Program-made: the position numbers and the translations under genes
Notes under the pieces: generated by a model
Database searches by the model: none
Told to the model about the DNA's origin: nothing
What the model saw: the letters and a program-made list of their open reading frames with translations, nothing else
In this document: in pieces, positions 56,752 to 64,000 of the stretch
How the letters are laid out: each line of letters begins with the position of its first letter
Position numbering within the stretch: position 1 is the stretch's first letter
Virus record (IMG/VR): IMGVR_UViG_3300042542_003718
DNA from: an uncultured virus (IMG/VR IMGVR_UViG_3300042542_003718)
Taxonomy: Duplodnaviria > Heunggongvirae > Uroviricota > Caudoviricetes > Herelleviridae
Direction: 5' to 3' (one strand)
DNA length: 64,000 nt

Positions 56752-57132
56752 ATGTACGATTACGAATTACAACAATGCACCATAGAACATCCGCCCCTTG
56801 ATACCCCGATCATGTATCAAGGTACTTTTGAATTAGCGAAGCATGATAGAAGAGAACCGATTGATTTTGTTCTCTTTAACTTGCCCCTTGTTCTCATCTT
56901 TCTTTTTTGCTTAGTGGCTAGGCTGCTAAAGAAGCCCAGTAGGCAAATCGACCATTTCACCATTCAAACAGATACTAGAATAAATCAGTTACGCCTTAGA
57001 ATTGAAACACTAGAAAGACAAAGTAGACAGGACCCATTGAACCTAAACGCAAAGATTAACAGGTTGGAAGATATACTAAGATCACTTGAGACACCAGCCC
57101 CATTTTTACCAAAAAACACAGATCAGGACTAA
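56752..57132 (+). CDS. Hypothetical protein (TM + coiled coil)
   Basis: AAGGA SD; one TM segment. Confidence 0.55.
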   Translation: MYDYELQQCTIEHPPLDTPIMYQGTFELAKHDRREPIDFVLFNLPLVLIFLFCLVARLLKKPSRQIDHFTIQTDTRINQLRLRIETLERQSRQDPLNLNAKINRLEDILRSLETPAPFLPKNTDQD

Positions 57133-57226
57133 AGGGCTAATTTTGCCCCTGTTTGTACTATGTCGCCCCGCCTAAAAGTTGCGTTTTAGTTAGGATATTG
57201 GCTAATAGTTACGATCTTAACTGTAC

Positions 57227-57445
57227 ATCTTAACTAAAAAATATTGTTATATTTCAATACTTTACAAAGATGATTAAGATTATTAAGATAGTTTAAGGCT
57301 TAATGATAAACTAGAAACACATAAGAAAATAAATTATGTATTTTGTGTTTATATATAAGAGTATAGAAAAAAAATTAATTATCTTGATCATCTTAACTAG
57401 CATGAGCTAACTTATTGATCTATAACAATATTTTCTAGTTAAGAT
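57227..57445. repeat. 31-bp inverted repeat with AT-rich spacer (copy 2)
   Basis: Arms 57227-57257 and 57415-57445 match 28/31; extra ATCTTAA units at ~57214, 57390, 57468, 57487, 57496. Confidence 0.8.
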
Positions 57446-57570
57446 GTTTTTTTTCGTACCTTTTGGCATCTTAACGAGGCTGCCCCATCTTAATCATCTT
57501 AATTTTTGAGGCCTAAAAAGAAAACAAGTATCATGAAAACCATAGACCAGAACCAAAAGAGAGAGCGAAC

Positions 57571-58113
57571 ATGATCGCAAGTGAATATTTTGAAATGCTT
57601 AGCGCCTCTGAATGGCAAGTAGCGAATCTAGATACTTTTCTTAGAGAAGTACAAGGCGGGGCGACCTTAAAGAATGCGGGCATATTAGCCGAGTACACGC
57701 CAAAACAGATTAAAAAGATAGAGAGTATCTATGCGCAATTCTGTAATGACGAACTTGATGAACCATCAATTGAATTTGTTGTTGGTTTCTATGTATCCAA
57801 GGCGGTTGCGTACAGGGATAAACGATGGATAGGATTTGTAGAGGCCGGCGGCAAACAAGCGAGCGCGGGCATGTGGCTATTAGAACGGCGTGTAGGCGGC
57901 GAATTTGGCGCACCAGTTCAAAAAGTACAGCAAGAGATCAAGGCGGGGGTTATGTACTCAAGCGTACAAGAAGCAATAGAAGCAACACAAAAGAAACTAG
58001 GTATCAAACAGATTGAGGAACAGGGCGACTATTGGGCAAAACTACAAACAGCCGCCGCCCTATCTCAAGATTTGCCAGTGTTGCCCATAGAGACAACGAA
58101 CAAAAAAGATTAG
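57571..58113 (+). CDS. Probable terminase small subunit
   Basis: HTH-like N-terminus and A.MWLLERR...FG motif. Confidence 0.55.
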   Translation: MIASEYFEMLSASEWQVANLDTFLREVQGGATLKNAGILAEYTPKQIKKIESIYAQFCNDELDEPSIEFVVGFYVSKAVAYRDKRWIGFVEAGGKQASAGMWLLERRVGGEFGAPVQKVQQEIKAGVMYSSVQEAIEATQKKLGIKQIEEQGDYWAKLQTAAALSQDLPVLPIETTNKKD

Positions 58114-58266
58114 TGAACATGATCAAAAAATACAAAGTAGAATATGAAACTTGTTATCATGCTCTAGATTGCTTTAAAACCTATCTAAAATCGTTCATAC
58201 GCCCTTAGTGAATAGGTTGACTAGGTAACCATTAACAAAATAGAAAATAATAGGGAATTAGAGCAT

Positions 58267-58989
58267 ATGAAAAAGAAATATAGTACGCGGGACTTTTTGA
58301 AACCTAAGAGCACATGTGAAGGGGCATTGATTGCGACGCGCCGCGCTTTAGCTGATTGTGAAGTACGGGGGTGGCTTGCGGAAGATTTGGGCGTCTCATA
58401 TTCAACGTTTTGCAATTACCTATCCACATATGAGGACAAGGCAAACATATTGACTACGTGGTCAAAACATTGGGAGATGTCGCCCGCAATACTTCAGAAA
58501 ATAGTTCTTATTAATCCGGAAATTCCTAGCATCCTAAAGACTACTAGGATGACAGAAATCAAAGCGTCTCAAGTACTAGCTAATTTAAAATTTTGTGTAT
58601 CCATAGTACAAAGAAACCTAAATCAATCAATACTTGATCAAAAGATAGCTATTCGCAAATGGACGGGCCTAAATAGTGATTATGCAATCTTAGCCCCTAG
58701 CCTGTATCACTGTTCAGAAGTCCTGATTGATACAAGCATTGACGAGGGCGATTGTGAATGTCATATTGACGAACGAATTCTTTTTATCGTGGCAACGTGG
58801 GGCGGATGGCAGCTAAGGGCGGAAATCGAACATTGGTTAACAAATGTAGCTACGATTTTTCGGGGCGTGTCTCTTGGTTACTATCCACATGATCAACATG
58901 TAGACTTTACAACATGCTCAATTAAGAAGGCACCTGTAGATACGCTTGAAAAACATAAGCTTGATCAAATTAGAAAAATCTTTGTTTAG
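58267..58989 (+). CDS. Hypothetical protein with N-terminal HTH
   Basis: WLAEDLGVSYSTFCNYL. Confidence 0.5.
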   Translation: MKKKYSTRDFLKPKSTCEGALIATRRALADCEVRGWLAEDLGVSYSTFCNYLSTYEDKANILTTWSKHWEMSPAILQKIVLINPEIPSILKTTRMTEIKASQVLANLKFCVSIVQRNLNQSILDQKIAIRKWTGLNSDYAILAPSLYHCSEVLIDTSIDEGDCECHIDERILFIVATWGGWQLRAEIEHWLTNVATIFRGVSLGYYPHDQHVDFTTCSIKKAPVDTLEKHKLDQIRKIFV

Positions 58990-58999
58990 AAAGTATGCT

Positions 59000-59842
59000 A
59001 TGAAACCACTTCTTAAATATCCAGGCGGGAAGCTTGATGAACTTGTTCATATTTTGCCTGTGTTGCCTACATATAAGAGATATGTTGAACCATTTATTGG
59101 CGGGGGCGCTTTATACTTTTTCTTAGCACCTGATCAAGCCTGTATCAATGATCTAAATAGTAATGTGATCAATTTTTATAAGACAATTAGAGATGATTAT
59201 GACTTGTTCATGAACCAGATTACAAAGATACATGAACTCTATCTACACAATCAAAATAGATACGCTAAGCAATGCGCCCAAGGTATGGAGAACCCAACAA
59301 ATGAGAATGAAGCTTTATACTATGCCCTACGAAACGCGTTCAATGGTGAACCTTCTGACTATTTGCCCGCCGTCCTATACTACTTTATCAATAAAACAGC
59401 GTATGGAGGCCTTACACGATACAACAATAAAGGGCGGTTCAATGTACCATTCGGGCGCTATGCTTCTTTTAACATTGATAGCGTGAGTAAGTATCATAGT
59501 ACGTTACTACAAAATACACAGATACAAAATCAAGACTATTCAAGCATCTTTGAGCACATAGAAACAAGTGATTTCATGTTTCTAGATCCGCCCTATGATT
59601 GCAAGTTTCATGAGTATGGTAATCAAGAGATCAAAGATGCAGATAATGAAGCATTTCAGAGGAGACTAGCAGCCGATTTTAAGAATTTACATTGTTCGGC
59701 GCTGATGGTAGTAGCAGAAACACCATTGATCAAAGATTTGTACGCTAATTATATCTTTGCCAGCTATCAGAAAAAGTACGCCGTCAACATTAAGAACCGG
59801 TTCAATCAAGAAGTAAAGCACTTGATCATAAAAAACTATTAA
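59000..59842 (+). CDS. Dam-like (alpha class) adenine methyltransferase
   Basis: KYPGGK, EPFIGGG, NVPFG, FLDPPY. Confidence 0.9.
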   Translation: MKPLLKYPGGKLDELVHILPVLPTYKRYVEPFIGGGALYFFLAPDQACINDLNSNVINFYKTIRDDYDLFMNQITKIHELYLHNQNRYAKQCAQGMENPTNENEALYYALRNAFNGEPSDYLPAVLYYFINKTAYGGLTRYNNKGRFNVPFGRYASFNIDSVSKYHSTLLQNTQIQNQDYSSIFEHIETSDFMFLDPPYDCKFHEYGNQEIKDADNEAFQRRLAADFKNLHCSALMVVAETPLIKDLYANYIFASYQKKYAVNIKNRFNQEVKHLIIKNY

Positions 59843-59917
59843 ATCTTTATTTAAATATACTATGAAAGATTAAACTTGTTAAAAGTGTTTACAAGTCACA
59901 AAACACACGAGGGAATC

Positions 59918-60217
59918 ATGAAAAAGATTAAGCCAGCACCTAGACAGGTTGTACATTTAGACCGCCCACAAACAGCGATTCTAAAGCTCATTGCCCTAAT
60001 GGGCGAAGTATCACAGAAACAAGCAATCACAGCTATTTTCAATATGGGCCTTGGCGCTTTACTCAAGGCAATCAATGAAAAAGATGATATCCAGTTTCTA
60101 GCGACTCTCAAAACTTATGGCAACGATGAGACCACAGATCATCTATTCACAGAACTTTTCAAGCTTAGCGACTCAAGGAAGGCAACCAATGAACGCACAC
60201 AATCAGACGAGACTTGA
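59918..60217 (+). CDS. Hypothetical protein (possible RHH DNA-binding)
   Basis: GAGG SD before ATG 59918. Confidence 0.5.
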   Translation: MKKIKPAPRQVVHLDRPQTAILKLIALMGEVSQKQAITAIFNMGLGALLKAINEKDDIQFLATLKTYGNDETTDHLFTELFKLSDSRKATNERTQSDET

Positions 60218-60791
60218 AATCTTTGAATTTCTTTGTTGCAAAGACCACTTGAAAGAGAATGACCTTATGAGAAATAGAACACTATATGAAGATTTAAACA
60301 ATGAACTTGCGACTTCAAAAGATATCGCCGATCTTTGCGACCGAGCATCAATTTTACTAGCAAACATTATCAAACTTGCAGACAACACAGACGCCGTAGA
60401 TATCTTCATGAAACAGGCTGAAGTTTTAAGCTATATGTTCAAAGATATGGCGTACAAATGCCCCAAGAAGTCCGTTCGTTCTCTTGTATCTGAATGGATT
60501 AGAGAAGAAAAGACACTACGGGAAATGGCTAAATTGCTCAATGAACAAGGATTGACCACCAACACAGGTAAACCATGGACTTACGCCTTAGTCGCCTATA
60601 CCTTCAAAGACTTGTTCGATGCAAACAAGGCAAACCCCGCACAAGTTAGCGCACCAGTTAGGGCAAAAGAATTGCGAGATCGAGGATGGACACTAGAAGC
60701 AATTGCACAGGCGCTCAATGAGGAAGGATTTACCACGCTACGAGGCGGGGCGTATTCATCCGGTACTGTGCATCACCTTTTAAAGGATTAA
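60189..60791 (+). CDS. Protein with two recombinase-type DNA-binding repeats and no catalytic domain
   Basis: AKLLNEQGLTTNTGKPWT and AQALNEEGFTTLRGGAYS. Confidence 0.65.
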   Translation: MNAHNQTRLEIFEFLCCKDHLKENDLMRNRTLYEDLNNELATSKDIADLCDRASILLANIIKLADNTDAVDIFMKQAEVLSYMFKDMAYKCPKKSVRSLVSEWIREEKTLREMAKLLNEQGLTTNTGKPWTYALVAYTFKDLFDANKANPAQVSAPVRAKELRDRGWTLEAIAQALNEEGFTTLRGGAYSSGTVHHLLKD

Positions 60792-60793
60792 CT

Positions 60794-60934
60794 ATGAACG
60801 CTATTATGATTGCCAGCCTTGGGCTACTAAGACAAATTGCAGAACCTATACTAAGAGAAGATGAAACAATTCAAAGAAGAGTCTTAGATTTCTTAGATAC
60901 CTTGATCAATGAACTTGAGGGAATTGATAAATGA
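60794..60934 (+). CDS. Small hypothetical protein (not in ORF track)
   Basis: AAGGA SD, MNAIMIASLG..., ATGA overlap with the next gene. Confidence 0.45.
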   Translation: MNAIMIASLGLLRQIAEPILREDETIQRRVLDFLDTLINELEGIDK

Positions 60935-61392
60935 AGATCAAAGAACAGATACAAGAACTAAGAGAGCAGATCGCGCGCTTAACAATGCATCTAGTCAATA
61001 AGAATGAAGTACTTAGAGAACATAGATATGAGATTGCCAGCCTCAAAGAAGAAAACAAGCTAATGAGGGCGTGCGTAGATGAAACACGCTTAAAAGTGCT
61101 AGCGCTATTCCTGAAACAAGATATTCATCATCCAGTCTATTCACATGACTTTGAAACATTGTATCATTCAATCGGTGATTACTTCTTTTCGCCGATCATG
61201 GCGGACAATGTGTATCCCGCCCTTTTTGTGGTTCAAGACTTAGCACATAAAAACATTTGTATTCATGCACTCTATGAGCAAATGAAAGACAATGAACGCA
61301 CGCTTGAAGATGCAAGGATTATAGAAATCATTGAGAAAGCTAGCCAGTACCGAGCAGCACAGAACCAACAGGGCAAGAACGATGAAGAGTGA
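60931..61392 (+). CDS. Hypothetical coiled-coil protein
   Basis: ORF within the operon. Confidence 0.55.
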   Translation: MKIKEQIQELREQIARLTMHLVNKNEVLREHRYEIASLKEENKLMRACVDETRLKVLALFLKQDIHHPVYSHDFETLYHSIGDYFFSPIMADNVYPALFVVQDLAHKNICIHALYEQMKDNERTLEDARIIEIIEKASQYRAAQNQQGKNDEE

Positions 61393-61858
61393 GCACCTAA
61401 AACAAAGAATGAATCAAGTCTTAGTACTTGCTCAATCGTCTAAATGCCCACGAAAACAATTCGGTTGCTTAATCATTGATCCAGTGAATAACAGAGTGAT
61501 TAGTGACGGATGGAATGGAGCGCCAAAAGGGCCCGAGCGCCTTTGTGGGGGCGAAATTTGCCTAAGAGATCAAGCAGCGATTCAAAGCGGTTCAAGTCCT
61601 CACATAGGTTGCCACCACGCCGAAACAAACGCAATTTGTAACGCCGCTTCAATGGGTACCAGTACAAAGGGCGCTTGGGCGATTGTCAATGGCGAACCTT
61701 GCCTTATGTGCGCTAAGATGCTTCATCATGCCTTGATTAGTAGCGTGGTAATCATTCGGGGGGCTTACCTTGGCGCACAGCTTACAGGAGATGCAGGCGT
61801 CCAGTATCTACTTGATCATAGTATCAATGTAATCTTTGAAAGGATTGAACATGGTTGA
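61382..61858 (+). CDS. dCMP deaminase
   Basis: HAETNA and PCLMC zinc motifs. Confidence 0.9.
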   Translation: MKSEHLKQRMNQVLVLAQSSKCPRKQFGCLIIDPVNNRVISDGWNGAPKGPERLCGGEICLRDQAAIQSGSSPHIGCHHAETNAICNAASMGTSTKGAWAIVNGEPCLMCAKMLHHALISSVVIIRGAYLGAQLTGDAGVQYLLDHSINVIFERIEHG

Positions 61859-62105
61859 TTTTTTATATAGTTTCAATGGTTGTGTTTTTGTTACGGCGCT
61901 TCTGTACTTGCTCATATGGATTTTGAAGCTTGTCCACGAACTACGATTTGTACACATTGGCGCCCTTCGCATGTTCGCTTTAGGCGTGTTACTAGGTTTC
62001 TTTGTGTACTTCTTATTCATGCTTAGTTTACGAGCGCCGGCGATCATTGCGTCTTTCATGTTTGTTAATATGATCATCGGTGCGTTGGAAGGTGAGGGGC
62101 AATGA
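61851..62105 (+). CDS. Membrane protein
   Basis: Three hydrophobic segments. Confidence 0.5.
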   Translation: MVDFLYSFNGCVFVTALLYLLIWILKLVHELRFVHIGALRMFALGVLLGFFVYFLFMLSLRAPAIIASFMFVNMIIGALEGEGQ

Positions 62106-63115
62106 AAACTAATCAAATTTATCATGGTGATTGTCTTGATCTGTTGCCCAGTATACCGAGTAAATCTGTTGACATGATACTTTGTGATTTACCGTATGGA
62201 ACTACAGCTTGTGCGTGGGATTCAATTATCCCTTTAGATAGATTATGGAGGGAATACGAACGAGTAATCAAGGATAATGGGAACATTGTTTTAACCGCTC
62301 AAGGTATGTTCGGGGCTAAGCTAATGACTTTCAGAGAAACATGGTTCAATCATGACTATGTATGGATAAAGAACCAACATTCAAACTTCGCTTTAGTAGG
62401 TATCCAGCCACTACGTATCTTTGAAAATGTACTTGTATTCAGACCACCAAGAAAAGACGATATAGATAGAGCATTTAACAAAGAACTAAGGGCATATTTC
62501 AAGCAAGTAAATGAGTTTATAGGTTTAAATAGATCACAGATAGAACAGATCATAGGACATATGGGCTATCATCATTCTTACGGCGTGACGGGTTGTCAAT
62601 TTGATCTATGTACAAAAGAAACCTACGATCAATTGATAGCGTGTTTCAAGATTGACCAGATGCAGGGCTTTTTGAATTATGAAACTTTGCAATCTATGAA
62701 AGAGAAACAAATTTATCTTCCATATACTTTTAACTTTGATGCTCGCATTAAAAGTACAAAGCAAGCAAAGAACAATGATTTCAATAGGCAAATGTACGGT
62801 GACAAAACAAATCAAAAGTATAAAGAACACATAAGCAAAGAGTATGAAAATTATCCTAGAAACACGCTATATTTTGACTGTGAACGAGGGCAACACCCAA
62901 CACAGAAGCCCGTCGCATTGTTTGAATATTTAATAAGAACCTATTCAAACGAGGGCGAAGTAATCTTAGATAATTGTTCAGGTTCAGGGACTACAGCGAT
63001 TGCGTGTTTAAATAGTAATAGGCAATATATTTGCATAGAAAAAGATGAAACCTACTACAAGAGATCACTTGAACGCATAGCGAACCACGAACCGCTTTTA
63101 CACATGGGAAAATAG
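62102..63115 (+). CDS. N6A/N4C DNA methyltransferase, beta class, paralog 2
   Basis: DLPY, HPTQKP, DNCSGSGTT; longer central region than paralog 1. Confidence 0.9.
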   Translation: MKTNQIYHGDCLDLLPSIPSKSVDMILCDLPYGTTACAWDSIIPLDRLWREYERVIKDNGNIVLTAQGMFGAKLMTFRETWFNHDYVWIKNQHSNFALVGIQPLRIFENVLVFRPPRKDDIDRAFNKELRAYFKQVNEFIGLNRSQIEQIIGHMGYHHSYGVTGCQFDLCTKETYDQLIACFKIDQMQGFLNYETLQSMKEKQIYLPYTFNFDARIKSTKQAKNNDFNRQMYGDKTNQKYKEHISKEYENYPRNTLYFDCERGQHPTQKPVALFEYLIRTYSNEGEVILDNCSGSGTTAIACLNSNRQYICIEKDETYYKRSLERIANHEPLLHMGK

Positions 63116-63116
63116 T

Positions 63117-63311
63117 ATGAATGGGAATAGGCTAATCGTTCGCTTATATATCAATGAACTTTGTATCTTAGATTTTTGTGAACCTTTAGAAAGAGTATAC
63201 AATCTACTTGATCAAGAGATCATTGACCGAATAAGAGACCTAGAAAACAGGTTTGACGGCGTAGCAAAGAAAGCGCTATTGACCATGAGCAAAACACAGG
63301 AGGCCCCTTGA
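63117..63311 (+). CDS. Hypothetical protein
   Basis: 64-aa ORF coupled to its neighbours. Confidence 0.45.
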   Translation: MNGNRLIVRLYINELCILDFCEPLERVYNLLDQEIIDRIRDLENRFDGVAKKALLTMSKTQEAP

Positions 63312-63589
63312 ACAAGTTTGAAAAGATAGCTAGCAACCTAGCCACCATTTTATCAATGAAAAATGACGCATATGGCAACGCATTTGACAAGACAACACAG
63401 ATACTCACGCTTCTTTATCCCAATGGGATCAAGGTAGAACAGTTCAAGGATGTTCATGTACTCATTCGCATGCTTGACAAGATCAGCAGGATCGCAAGAG
63501 ATAACGACCCTTTTGGAGAAAGTCCCTATAAAGATTTAGCGGGCTATGCTATTTTGTCACTTGCTAGGGATGAGAACGATGAAAACTAA
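63308..63589 (+). CDS. Nucleotide-modification-associated (DUF1599/Nmad1-like) protein
   Basis: KNxAYG.AF...R..DK..R...D..GY pattern. Confidence 0.65.
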   Translation: MNKFEKIASNLATILSMKNDAYGNAFDKTTQILTLLYPNGIKVEQFKDVHVLIRMLDKISRIARDNDPFGESPYKDLAGYAILSLARDENDEN

Positions 63590-64000
63590 CAACGTTTATC
63601 ATGGCGATTGTCTTGATTTGTTGCCAAGTATTCCAGATAAATCCGTAGATATGATCTTATGCGATTTGCCTTATGGAACTACAGCTTGTGAATGGGATTC
63701 AATTATCCCTTTAGATAGGCTATGGGCACAGTATGAACGAGTAATCAAGGATAATGGGAACATTGTTTTAACCGCTCAAGGTATGTTTTGTGCGGAGTTA
63801 ATGTGTTATAAGAAAACATGGTTCAATCATGATTACGTATGGATAAAGAACCAACATTCAAACTTCGCTTTAGTAGGTATCCAGCCACTACGTATCTTTG
63901 AAAATGTACTTGTATTCAGACCACCTAGAAAAGAAGATTTAAATATTCAATTCAATTTAGAGCTTCGTACTTATTCTCATAAGATATTATCTTTTATCAA
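63579..64000 (+). CDS. N6A/N4C DNA methyltransferase, beta class, paralog 3 (runs off the window; not in ORF track)
   Basis: MKTNNVYHGDCLDLLPSIPDKSVDMILCDLPYGTTACEWD...; near-identical blocks to 62102. Confidence 0.9.
   Translation, partial: MKTNNVYHGDCLDLLPSIPDKSVDMILCDLPYGTTACEWDSIIPLDRLWAQYERVIKDNGNIVLTAQGMFCAELMCYKKTWFNHDYVWIKNQHSNFALVGIQPLRIFENVLVFRPPRKEDLNIQFNLELRTYSHKILSFI

Noticed and set aside
60189..60791. Serine integrase implying a temperate lifestyle
   Set aside because: Catalytic domain is missing; no att site or repressor cassette seen.
1..64000. tRNA genes, introns, inteins or stop-codon recoding
   Set aside because: No cloverleaf seen, core genes are normal length and uninterrupted, and the standard code gives dense ORF coverage.

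Overview
This window is most of an AT-rich tailed phage genome with a contractile tail. Layout: head module (1-13.6 kb: probable portal C-terminus, head-cargo proteins, MuF/gp7-like protein, prohead protease, scaffold, SPO1/Twort-type major capsid); neck, sheath, tube, tape measure and baseplate (13.7-32.2 kb); replication (primase-helicase, PD-(D/E)XK nuclease, SF2 helicase, SSB-like, PolA; 32.6-41.4 kb); a reverse-strand lysis, tail-fibre and large-terminase block (41.4-48.5 kb); accessory and nucleotide genes (beta clamp, class II RNR, ThyX, RecU, dCMP deaminase). Five orphan DNA methyltransferases are spread across the window. I saw no integrase, tRNA, CRISPR array or reverse transcriptase, and the host cannot be determined. 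Most notable: (1) three head-module genes share a constant N-terminal module but carry different C-terminal domains (zincin, DdrB/ParB, unknown); (2) a ~60-nt ORF-less promoter-terminator unit has a GGTTAAGG core complementary, allowing G:U, to a CCTTAACC-like motif at the predicted 5' end of many phage transcripts, a candidate sRNA regulon; (3) CTGG is almost absent from the + strand regardless of gene direction; (4) a C5 methyltransferase is split over two overlapping reading frames; (5) a ~210-bp inverted-repeat element occurs twice. All calls come from reading motifs by eye; no searches were run.
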